63,288 nt of DNA, taken from a virus. Taxonomy: Duplodnaviria > Caudoviricetes. Below the pieces are notes generated by a model. The model saw only the letters and a program-made list of their open reading frames with translations, searched no databases and had not been told where the DNA came from. Both the position numbers and the translations under genes were made by a program. Of the stretch, positions 51,331-60,172 are shown in pieces; the stretch's first letter is position 1, and every line of letters starts with the position of its first letter. Where the stretch lies: positions 1 through 63,288 of IMG/VR virus record IMGVR_UViG_3300027833_001748. One strand, written 5' to 3'.

Positions 51331-52390
51331 ACTTGGTGTTGGACCAATGAGCTTAGAGTCTATTGATATAATGACTAATTGGTCAAAGCAAAATGCTACA
51401 CCACTAATGCTAATTGCAAGCCGAAATCAAGTTGACAGTGATACAGGATATGTATGTCGTACATCAGAACTAGTAGAACGTGTACAAAAAAACAAGACTG
51501 TAAATTTATTAGTTTGTAGAGATCACTGCGGACCTTATTTTACTGATTTAGATAAAGGTCTAACAGTTGATGAAGCAATTGTTCGTTGTAAAGATACTAT
51601 TGATGCAGATATTAACAACGGCTTTGATTTAATACATATTGATGTATCACGCATACACACTAATCAATTAGAGTACGGAAAAGAATTAATTGAATATGCT
51701 ATTAGTAAAAACCCCAATATAAAACTTGAATTTGGTAGTGAAGATAATACAGGTATTGATATTGAAAGTAGCATAGGAAGGTTAGATCCTCAATTAGAAT
51801 TTTTGCAAGCATATAAAGATAACATAATTTATTTTGTAACACAAACAGGTAGTCTAACAAAGGGAACACAAGCTGGCGGATTTAATGTAGCTCGTAATAA
51901 AAAGAATGTAAAACTTGTACATGATGCAGGATTTTTATTTAAAGAACATAATGCTGATTACTTTAGTAAATCTGATATAGAAAAAAGATCTTCTGTTGGT
52001 ATTGATAGTTTAAATATTGCTCCACAAATTGGAACAGTACATACTACGGTATTAAAAGAATTTGCATCAGATGAACAATGGAATAAATTTAGCGATTATG
52101 TTTACAGTAAAAACTATTGGCAAAGATGGTCAGAAGATCAAGAAGCAAATAAAGACACTGCAACTATCCTTAGTGGACACTATTGTTTTAATAGTGAAAT
52201 ATATAAAGACATAATTAAAAATATTGATTATGATAGTTTTCTATATAGACTTGATACTAGAATTACATCTGTTTTAGATCATTATACTACATTTATAGAT
52301 AACGATAATACTGCATCGTATTATCAAAAATTAAAAGACAAGATATCGTTAGCAAGTTTAAAAAAACGTGATCCGTTTATATACAAGTAA
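51308..52390 (+). CDS. GatZ/KbaZ-like ketose-phosphate epimerase/aldolase (TIM barrel)
   Basis: LIASRNQVD..GY, RDHCGP, GFDLIHID, KEHNADY, NIAPQIG parallel the GatZ/KbaZ motifs. Confidence 0.75.
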   Translation: MIDMKKFKLGVGPMSLESIDIMTNWSKQNATPLMLIASRNQVDSDTGYVCRTSELVERVQKNKTVNLLVCRDHCGPYFTDLDKGLTVDEAIVRCKDTIDADINNGFDLIHIDVSRIHTNQLEYGKELIEYAISKNPNIKLEFGSEDNTGIDIESSIGRLDPQLEFLQAYKDNIIYFVTQTGSLTKGTQAGGFNVARNKKNVKLVHDAGFLFKEHNADYFSKSDIEKRSSVGIDSLNIAPQIGTVHTTVLKEFASDEQWNKFSDYVYSKNYWQRWSEDQEANKDTATILSGHYCFNSEIYKDIIKNIDYDSFLYRLDTRITSVLDHYTTFIDNDNTASYYQKLKDKISLASLKKRDPFIYK

Positions 52391-52401
52391 GTGAGGTAGT
52401 T

Positions 52402-52899
52402 ATGATACTATATTTAGATATGGACGGTGTAATTGCAAATTGGTACGATGCATTTGCAAAGCACAATGGAGTTGATCATTGGACAAAAGTGCCTAACAAA
52501 GACAAAGCAGTATTTGAATTAAAGTCTACAGATTTTTTTAATACTATTGACTTATATCCATCAACTAAAAAATTAGTATCAGCAGTTAAACAAATTGCAG
52601 GTGATGATTATGGAATATGCTCAAGTCCATTAACTGAAGATCAACACAATAGTAGCTATTGGAAAAGAGTATGGTTAGAACGTCACGGATTTATGCCGAT
52701 AATTCCTAACTTAATCTTTACAAGAAACAAAGAAAAATATGCAGTTGATAGGATAGATGGCTCGCCAAATATCCTTGTTGATGATAAAATTAACAATGTT
52801 TCACAATGGTCTGCTGCTGGCGGCATTGGTATACACTATTTTGCTGACAAAGATAATGTTGATGATTTAATAACTGCATTAAAACAATCATATAAGTAA
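52402..52899 (+). CDS. HAD-superfamily 5'(3')-nucleotidase-like phosphatase
   Basis: YLDMDGV, ICSSP, KRVWL, ILVDD...W...GGIGI. Confidence 0.85.
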   Translation: MILYLDMDGVIANWYDAFAKHNGVDHWTKVPNKDKAVFELKSTDFFNTIDLYPSTKKLVSAVKQIAGDDYGICSSPLTEDQHNSSYWKRVWLERHGFMPIIPNLIFTRNKEKYAVDRIDGSPNILVDDKINNVSQWSAAGGIGIHYFADKDNVDDLITALKQSYK

Positions 52900-52900
52900 T

Positions 52901-52929
52901 TTGACAAATATGTCAAAAGGTGTTATAAT
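52901..52929 (+). promoter_or_regulatory. Perfect sigma70 promoter with extended -10; probably a leaderless transcript
   Basis: TTGACA (52901-52906), 17-nt spacer, TGnTATAAT (-10 at 52924-52929); ATG at 52935 with no SD. Confidence 0.85.
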
Positions 52930-52934
52930 AAAGC

Positions 52935-53609
52935 ATGTATGATATCGTATTCATAAGTTACCAGGAGCCTTCTGCAGATGAAAACTACGCTGCACTAAAG
53001 GCACGATTTCCTATGGCTAAACGTGTACACGGAGTTAAAGGAATACATCAAGCACACATAAAGGCAGCAAAGAAATGCTTTACTAAGATGTTTTGGATTG
53101 TAGATGCAGACGCACTTATATTAGATACATTTAATTTTAACTACGAAACACCAGAACATCAATTAGATCATGTGCATGTATGGAGAGCAAAGAATCCTAT
53201 TAATGGATTAGAATATGGTTATGGAGGAGTAAAGTTATTTCCTCGCAACCTTACAATAGGAATGGATACAACTAAATCAGATATGACTACAAGCATAAGC
53301 GAACATTTTATTGCTGTAGATGAAGTTGCAAATATTACAAAATTTAATACAAGTCCATTTGAAACGTGGAAAGGTGCATTTAGAGAATGTGCTAAACTAA
53401 GCAGTAAGACAATTACGAGACAAAACAATGACGAAACAGATGATAGACTCAATACGTGGTGTACAAAAGGCTCTGAGGAACGCTATGGCAGCTACGCTCT
53501 TAATGGTGCTAATGCTGGCAGGGAGTTTGGGATTTCTAATAGGAGCAATATTGGTCTTATAAATGATTTTGATTGGCTAAAGGAACAGTTTGATGCAGAA
53601 TGTAGCTGA
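52935..53609 (+). CDS. Glycosyltransferase-like protein, paralog B2
   Basis: YDIVFISYQEP.A..NY...RVHGVKG...AHIKAA...VDADA...NGLEYGYGGVK...TWKGAFRE, homologous to 42217-43149. Confidence 0.6.
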   Translation: MYDIVFISYQEPSADENYAALKARFPMAKRVHGVKGIHQAHIKAAKKCFTKMFWIVDADALILDTFNFNYETPEHQLDHVHVWRAKNPINGLEYGYGGVKLFPRNLTIGMDTTKSDMTTSISEHFIAVDEVANITKFNTSPFETWKGAFRECAKLSSKTITRQNNDETDDRLNTWCTKGSEERYGSYALNGANAGREFGISNRSNIGLINDFDWLKEQFDAECS

Positions 53610-54648
53610 CATCAAAACAGTTCATATCGAGCTTACAGATAAGTGTCAAGCACAATGTCCAATGTGTGCTAGAAACTTTCATGGCGGCGCAACACGCCCA
53701 TTCATACGCAATGGTGATATTAGCATTGAACAATTTAAAGAATGGTTCCCTCGAGACTTCTTAGCTCAATTAAATAATTTTTACAGTTGCGGTAACTACG
53801 GTGATCCTTGCTTTGCAATAAATTGTTTAGAAATATATTCATATGTGCGTGAATGCAATCCAACAGCAAGATTAGGAATACATACTAATGGCGGTATGCG
53901 TAATCCAGCATGGTGGGCAAAGTTAGCACAACATAATATTGATGTTATATTTGCTGTTGACGGATTTAAAGGTAAACATGAATTATATCGCAAGAATACA
54001 AAGTTTGACAAAGTAATAGAAAATTTAAAAGCGTTTATTGATGCTGGCGGCAATGCATCAGTTGATAGTTTAGTATTTGCACATAATGAACACGAAGTAG
54101 ATGAACTTGAAACATATTTACTAAACATTGGCGTACAAAAAGTAAACTTTGTTAGTACAACACGATTCTATGAAATGAAAGAATACGAAGTACACGATAA
54201 TAACGGTAATGTAGAATATACTATTTCGCCTGCGCAAACAGAAAGATTTAAGAAAACACCGTCAAAGTCATTAACAGCGTTGTTGGATAAATCATATAGA
54301 GACGCTTCATTAGAACAAAGTATAATTACTCCTAAGTGCGAAACAGAAAACGGCATCTATGTAGATCCATATGGTGATATATTTCCTTGTTGTTGGCTTG
54401 GCGGAGATTATTTAGAACAGCCGATACAAGAAGTACTGCCAATACACGAACTACGTAATCTAAGTGTTGAAAATACCAAACAAGTTTTAGCAGATGTTGG
54501 CATTCCTAATTGTAAAGACAGTGTACTATCCAAAAACACAACACTATTTGAAAAATTATCTAATTACTGGAATGGTGCAGACAAGTGTATGACATGTTCT
54601 CGTCAATGTAGTAACCTAATGTATGAGAGTAATAACAAGTATGAATAA
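53593..54648 (+). CDS. Radical SAM enzyme 2, C-terminal SPASM/twitch-like domain
   Basis: CQAQCPMC, GNYGDP, HTNGG; C-terminal C...YVDPYGDIFPCCW...CMTCSRQC. Confidence 0.92.
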   Translation: MQNVADIKTVHIELTDKCQAQCPMCARNFHGGATRPFIRNGDISIEQFKEWFPRDFLAQLNNFYSCGNYGDPCFAINCLEIYSYVRECNPTARLGIHTNGGMRNPAWWAKLAQHNIDVIFAVDGFKGKHELYRKNTKFDKVIENLKAFIDAGGNASVDSLVFAHNEHEVDELETYLLNIGVQKVNFVSTTRFYEMKEYEVHDNNGNVEYTISPAQTERFKKTPSKSLTALLDKSYRDASLEQSIITPKCETENGIYVDPYGDIFPCCWLGGDYLEQPIQEVLPIHELRNLSVENTKQVLADVGIPNCKDSVLSKNTTLFEKLSNYWNGADKCMTCSRQCSNLMYESNNKYE

Positions 54649-55639
54649 CTTTCAACAAATACCTTGGGATGATATTACAGAGTTTGGACAAAAAACTCTT
54701 TTAAACACTGATCTTTTTACTGTGTCATGGATACTTGCTAGATTTTGTAATTATAACTGCTCGTATTGTTGGCCGTACGCTAGATCTAGTACTCCTGATC
54801 ACCAGGATTTAGAGGTATATACACGTACAATAGATAATATTAAAGCACAGGCTCGTGATAACGGATTTACTGACTTCCATTTTAGTTTTAGCGGAGGCGA
54901 ACCAACTGCTTATAAATACTTTGGGGAGGTTATAGACCATTACTGTAGTGATACAGCACCCAAGTACCAGAGTATCCACATGACGACCAATCTAAGCCCA
55001 GGAAGCAAATGGTGGAACAGATGGTTAGAGTCAACTAGTACTCTACAACGTAGAAGTATTACAGCAAGCTATCATGCAGAGTTTGCAAACGAACAAGAAT
55101 TTGGAGATAAATGTCTCCAATTAATGAAAGGAGGAACATTTGTTACAATTAATCAAGTCATGGTACCGGAAATGTTCGAAGAATTATACGGACGCCTTGA
55201 ACGATTTGCCGCCAGAGGTATTAACGTCACTCTCAAGCCCCAATCCGATCCTACCGCCTCCTACGTGGTACATGGATACACTGAAGGCCAGATCACAAGA
55301 ATGCAAACCGGATTTCCACAAAGAATCCCAGAAGAATTCGAGCAACTAATACCTATTTTAGGAGTAGAGCTTATTGACAAAAATGGCAATAAACACCTAT
55401 TAGATCAAGCAGAACGGTTTAATGCTTTTGGATTTAACAAGTTTAAGGGTTGGGAATGTAATGCAGGATATCAAGGTTGCGTTATACGTGAGAATGAAGT
55501 TAAACGCAGTTATAGTTGTAAAGATCAACCCTTAGGCACGTTAAACGAAGGATTTGAGCTGTTTAAAGCACCATCTAAGTGCATTACTCCTACTTGTGTA
55601 AGTAGTGCAGATAGCAAAATACCAAAGAGGAAAGTATGA
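54641..55639 (+). CDS. Radical SAM enzyme 3, C-terminal twitch-like domain (FKGWxCN type)
   Basis: CNYNCSYC, FSGGEPT, FKGWECNAG...SC...CITPTC. Start moved to ATG 54641 (8-nt overlap). Confidence 0.92.
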   Translation: MNNFQQIPWDDITEFGQKTLLNTDLFTVSWILARFCNYNCSYCWPYARSSTPDHQDLEVYTRTIDNIKAQARDNGFTDFHFSFSGGEPTAYKYFGEVIDHYCSDTAPKYQSIHMTTNLSPGSKWWNRWLESTSTLQRRSITASYHAEFANEQEFGDKCLQLMKGGTFVTINQVMVPEMFEELYGRLERFAARGINVTLKPQSDPTASYVVHGYTEGQITRMQTGFPQRIPEEFEQLIPILGVELIDKNGNKHLLDQAERFNAFGFNKFKGWECNAGYQGCVIRENEVKRSYSCKDQPLGTLNEGFELFKAPSKCITPTCVSSADSKIPKRKV

Positions 55640-56370
55640 ATAAGTTTGGAATACTAGGTTATGGCTATGTAGGTAAAGCTACACACAAAGGTTTGCTTAA
55701 AGATGCAAAGGCCATTGTGTATGATATAATGTTTGACATGCCAAAAGAAGTTATATATGAAGCAGATACCGTTTTTATTTGTATACCTACAATTACTGAA
55801 ACAGATATTGATATAGTAATTAATGAAATTAAAGATTTAAAACAGCATAATGCAAATGTAGAAATTGTAATTCGTAGTACATTACCATTAGGAGCATGTG
55901 AACAAATACAAAAAGAAGCAGGTAACATTATCTATATGCCAGAGTTCTTGCGTGAAAGATATTGGGATACAGATTGCTTTAAACGTCCGTTAGTTGTGGG
56001 TAGCGACAATAGTATACCGCAATGGCTACAAGACGAAGAAATTAAAACATGTTCTACTAAAGAAGCAGAGCTAGTTAAAATGTATTCTAATAATTTTGCA
56101 GTAATGCGTATTGCATTTGCAAATGTGTTTTATGATTTAGCAGAAAATGTTGGCGCTGATTATAATAAAGTATTAGATATGTACTTAGACATACAACAAG
56201 ACCAAACATATATGGAAGTTCCTGGACACGATGGAACACGAGGCTTTGGAGGCAAGTGTTTACCTAAGGATTTAGATTTCCTTATTGAAACACTTGACGA
56301 AAAAGGTATTGATCAAAATTGGTTCAAACATATTAGAGAGTTAAATAAAAGATGGCAAAAAAAGTTTTAG
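55636..56370 (+). CDS. ugd: UDP-glucose/GDP-mannose 6-dehydrogenase family, short form
   Basis: GYGYVG, ICIPT, IRST, PEFLRE, AELVK..SN, GFGGKCLPKD. Confidence 0.88.
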   Translation: MNKFGILGYGYVGKATHKGLLKDAKAIVYDIMFDMPKEVIYEADTVFICIPTITETDIDIVINEIKDLKQHNANVEIVIRSTLPLGACEQIQKEAGNIIYMPEFLRERYWDTDCFKRPLVVGSDNSIPQWLQDEEIKTCSTKEAELVKMYSNNFAVMRIAFANVFYDLAENVGADYNKVLDMYLDIQQDQTYMEVPGHDGTRGFGGKCLPKDLDFLIETLDEKGIDQNWFKHIRELNKRWQKKF

Positions 56371-57230
56371 TAACAGGAGCATCAGGAATGATTGGTAGAG
56401 AGCTGTGTAATCAGCTAAATGCCGACGACTACTATGTAGTTGCAATTGATAATCATTTTAGATATTCACATAGACCTGGTTGTGCAGAGTATGTAACAGC
56501 AAATATACAAACATATCTTCCTAAAATAGATAACGATTTTGATTATATATTTCATATGGGTGCAATAAACGGTACAAAGTATTTTTATGATATACCTAAT
56601 CAATTACTTGAAAATAATATTACAACAGATTTTTCAGTATTTAATTTTTGCAAACGTAATCCTAAATGCAAATTAATCTACGCAAGTTCTAGTGAAGTAG
56701 TAGCAGGTACGGAAGTGTTTCCGACGCCCGAACTAATAGATGTTTCCATCAAAGACATACACAATCCTCGTTGGAGTTATAGACTAAGCAAAATGGTTAG
56801 TGAAAATTATTTAACAAATTGTGAAAGTATTGATTGTTTAATTGTAAGATTCTTTAATGCATTTAGTCCTGCATCGGGCTCGGGTCATTTTGTAAGAGAT
56901 ATATTAGATAAAATAGATAATGAAGACTTTACATTAATAGGAGCAGATGAAACACGTTGTTTTATTAGAGTTGAAGATACAGTTGATGCATTATTAAATA
57001 TATTTAAAGATGTATCCTTTGAAGTTGTTAATATTGGCAGCGATGAAGAAATAACCGTATTAGAAGCAGCAACTATACTTGCTAAACACAAAGGTGTAAA
57101 TCCTTTTTGGAAACATGTAGATGGTAATATAGGCAGTGTTAAACGCAGACGTCCTGATATTAGTAAATTAAAAGAATTTTATCCATTATTTAAACCAGCA
57201 AAGTTTGCAGATTCGGTAGGCGACCTATGA
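56352..57230 (+). CDS. NAD-dependent epimerase/decarboxylase (extended SDR; UDP-glucuronate decarboxylase-like)
   Basis: VTGASGMIG, ASSSEV, PRWSYRLSK (YxxxK), RFFN, ETRCF..VED, RRRPDI. Confidence 0.85.
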   Translation: MAKKVLVTGASGMIGRELCNQLNADDYYVVAIDNHFRYSHRPGCAEYVTANIQTYLPKIDNDFDYIFHMGAINGTKYFYDIPNQLLENNITTDFSVFNFCKRNPKCKLIYASSSEVVAGTEVFPTPELIDVSIKDIHNPRWSYRLSKMVSENYLTNCESIDCLIVRFFNAFSPASGSGHFVRDILDKIDNEDFTLIGADETRCFIRVEDTVDALLNIFKDVSFEVVNIGSDEEITVLEAATILAKHKGVNPFWKHVDGNIGSVKRRRPDISKLKEFYPLFKPAKFADSVGDL

Positions 57231-57835
57231 AGATAGATATACAAGACGTATTATTTTGGATGGATGCTATCCGCAATAGTGATGATAGTTATCGTACACT
57301 TGAAAGTTTTTGGAAGGGACAAGTTAATAGTAAGCTATGGCTTGTAGAGCAGTTAGCTCTTGCACGAAGAACAGAATATACTCAACACACTATTACTATA
57401 CACGGAGGATGGCATGGCGTTTTAGCAAGTTTATTGTTTAGTAGTGACATACCGATATTACATATTACAAGTGTTGACATTGATCCTACATGTGAACCAA
57501 TTGCATATACTATGAATAAACGGCAAGAGATAGATAACAAATTTGTTGCAGTCACAGAAGACATGTGTAAATTTAGATATTTTTCTGATATTGTTATTAA
57601 TACTAGTTGTGAGCATATAACACAAGAAGATTACGACAAGTGGTTAGATAACGTACCTACAGATGCCCAGATAGTATTACAAAGTAATAATTATTTTGAT
57701 CACGAGGAACATATACGTTGCAGTACTGATCTAGATGATTTTGTAAAGATGAGTAATATTCACGTTCAGTACAAAGGTGAACTTAAAACGCCTAAATACA
57801 CACGTTATATGATTATTGGACAAAAGTATGAATAA
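57227..57835 (+). CDS. Class I SAM-dependent methyltransferase-like protein
   Basis: IHGGWHGVL, SVDID, DM, INTSCEH Rossmann pattern. Confidence 0.65.
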   Translation: MKIDIQDVLFWMDAIRNSDDSYRTLESFWKGQVNSKLWLVEQLALARRTEYTQHTITIHGGWHGVLASLLFSSDIPILHITSVDIDPTCEPIAYTMNKRQEIDNKFVAVTEDMCKFRYFSDIVINTSCEHITQEDYDKWLDNVPTDAQIVLQSNNYFDHEEHIRCSTDLDDFVKMSNIHVQYKGELKTPKYTRYMIIGQKYE

Positions 57836-59210
57836 CTTAGACAAATATATATCAGCAATAACTAAAGAAGCTGGTAGCGAAACATTTTGTGTTTTGCCTT
57901 GGATACACTTTGCTACTAGACCTAATGGCGATATGAGATTATGTTGTTCATCTAATGCAAGCGGAGCCGGCGGAGATCACACAGTTGGCCTCGTTAAAAT
58001 GGAAGACGGAGAGCCTGCAAACTTTGGTAGAGAAACTCCAATGGAAGCATGGAATAACGACTACATGAAAAGTGTACGTACAACTATGCTTGAAGGTAAG
58101 ATACCTGCTAGTTGTCGAAAATGTTTTGAAGAAGAATCTCGCGGAGTTGCAAGTAAACGTGTTTGGGAAAGTTATACTTGGATGGAAGATGGTGTAGACA
58201 TTCCTGAATTAATACGCCAAACTAAAGAAGATGGCACAGTTCCTGAACAGTTACAGTATTTAGACTTGCGACTAGGTCATACCTGTAATATTAAGTGTGT
58301 AATGTGCAGTCCGCATGATTCGAGCAAGTGGGTAGTAGATCATAAAAAATTAATGCCACAGTTAGAAGATCCTGAAGTTATACGACAAATGCAGTGGGAT
58401 AAGAAACAGTTTAATAATAAGTGGCACGAAAAAGATACGTTCTGGGAAGAAATGAATGCACAGATACCCAATCTAAAACAAGTATACTTTGCAGGCGGTG
58501 AGCCTCTAATGATTAAAGAACACAAGCTGTTTATTGAAGAAATTATTAGACAAGGTTATCAAGACAAAATATTGTTACGTTACAATTCAAATGGGCTGTT
58601 AGTAGACCAAGATTTAATTGAAATGTGGAGTAAGTTTAAAAAAGTAAAGTTTGCTATTAGTATGGATGCTAGTCACGGACGTGATGAATATATACGTTAT
58701 CCTACAAACTTTGATACTGTAGAAAAAACTTTGCATATGCTTGACAACACACCTGACAATATACAAACAAGTTTAGCAACAGCAATACAGATATTCAACA
58801 TAAAGCACCTGCCTGATTTTATGAAGTGGAAACTTGAAAGCGGATTTAAAAAGTTAAATGTAGGCGAAGTTCCAGGCGGCATACAAATGGGCGGCGGACT
58901 AGTTAATATGCACTTGTTGTATATTCCAACATTCCTTAGTATACAAATACTACCTGAAGAAGATAAGCAAGAAGTTAAAGAACGCTTTATGGACTTTAAA
59001 GATTGGTTATGGAATAACTATAGACAAGATGACGAATATTGGAAACATAATCCATATGGTTGGAAACGTTGGGAAGCAGTTCTTAATCATATGAATGCAC
59101 AAGACAACAGTCATTTACTACCAGGCTTCAAAGAATACACAAACAAACTTGATGCTATACGCGGATTGTCAGCAGCCAAAGTATTTCCAGAGTTAGCACA
59201 CTTGTTATGA
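57828..59210 (+). CDS. Radical SAM enzyme 4, N-terminal twitch-type domain
   Basis: FCVLPW...GDMRLCC...SCRKCF; CNIKCVMC; AGGEP. Start moved to ATG 57828 (8-nt overlap). Confidence 0.92.
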   Translation: MNNLDKYISAITKEAGSETFCVLPWIHFATRPNGDMRLCCSSNASGAGGDHTVGLVKMEDGEPANFGRETPMEAWNNDYMKSVRTTMLEGKIPASCRKCFEEESRGVASKRVWESYTWMEDGVDIPELIRQTKEDGTVPEQLQYLDLRLGHTCNIKCVMCSPHDSSKWVVDHKKLMPQLEDPEVIRQMQWDKKQFNNKWHEKDTFWEEMNAQIPNLKQVYFAGGEPLMIKEHKLFIEEIIRQGYQDKILLRYNSNGLLVDQDLIEMWSKFKKVKFAISMDASHGRDEYIRYPTNFDTVEKTLHMLDNTPDNIQTSLATAIQIFNIKHLPDFMKWKLESGFKKLNVGEVPGGIQMGGGLVNMHLLYIPTFLSIQILPEEDKQEVKERFMDFKDWLWNNYRQDDEYWKHNPYGWKRWEAVLNHMNAQDNSHLLPGFKEYTNKLDAIRGLSAAKVFPELAHLL

Positions 59211-60172
59211 TTAAACAAGTAATAAACTCTCAAGATCCTAAAACACTTCGTATTGAATACATGATTGGCAATACTTGTAATCACAAGTGTTGGTATTGTT
59301 TTAAAGGTTCAAATGAAGGTGAGTTTAGATGGACTGATGATTTTGATGCTACTACTAAAAACTTTTTTCATCTATTAGATCATTATAAAAAATATGGTAA
59401 AGAAAGATTTGAAATACATATTGTAGGCGGCGAACCTACACTATGGCCTGAATTAGGTAAGTTTACAAAACTTCTTAAGGAAAAATATAACTCTTGGGTT
59501 AGTATTAGTACTAACGGTTCTCGTACTTTAAGATGGTGGGAACAGTACGGACAATATTTTGATGATGTAATGATTAGTGTACATCACGAATATGCTGATA
59601 TAGAACATTTAAAAAAAGTAGCTGACATAGTTTACAAGCAAGGACCTGTTGTAAATGCAATGGTACTAATGGATCCTTTTGCTTGGGGTAAATGTATAGA
59701 CATAGTAAAGCAACTACGTACTAGTAAATATAGATGGTTTATAAATGCAATGGAAGTTATGCACACTACTATTGATTATACGCCAAAACAATTAAAATAT
59801 ATAAGCAAACCAGTAAAGAGATTTCCTAATCCTATATGGATATTAAAAAAATTAAAAAACTTAAAACGTGATCCTAAAGTTGTATTAGATAATGGCAAAA
59901 CAAAAACTGTAAATAGAAATTGGATAGGATTAAACAAGCAAACTAATTTTAAAGGTTGGCTGTGTAACATTGGCGTAGACAATCTTTATATTGACAAAGA
60001 CGGTAGAGTTACTGGTGCATGTAGAACAGTACTATTTGAAAATTACAACATTAATGATGTAGATTTTATACAAAAATTTAATCCAGTAATTAAACCTAAG
60101 ATTTGCGATATAACTTTTTGCGGATGTCAGCCTGAACAGTTATTAAATAAGATTAAACAAGACTACCAATAG
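59207..60172 (+). CDS. Radical SAM enzyme 5, C-terminal twitch-like domain (FKGWxCN type)
   Basis: CNHKCWYC, VGGEPT, STNGSR, FKGWLCNIG...GAC...CDITFCGC. Confidence 0.92.
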   Translation: MIKQVINSQDPKTLRIEYMIGNTCNHKCWYCFKGSNEGEFRWTDDFDATTKNFFHLLDHYKKYGKERFEIHIVGGEPTLWPELGKFTKLLKEKYNSWVSISTNGSRTLRWWEQYGQYFDDVMISVHHEYADIEHLKKVADIVYKQGPVVNAMVLMDPFAWGKCIDIVKQLRTSKYRWFINAMEVMHTTIDYTPKQLKYISKPVKRFPNPIWILKKLKNLKRDPKVVLDNGKTKTVNRNWIGLNKQTNFKGWLCNIGVDNLYIDKDGRVTGACRTVLFENYNINDVDFIQKFNPVIKPKICDITFCGCQPEQLLNKIKQDYQ

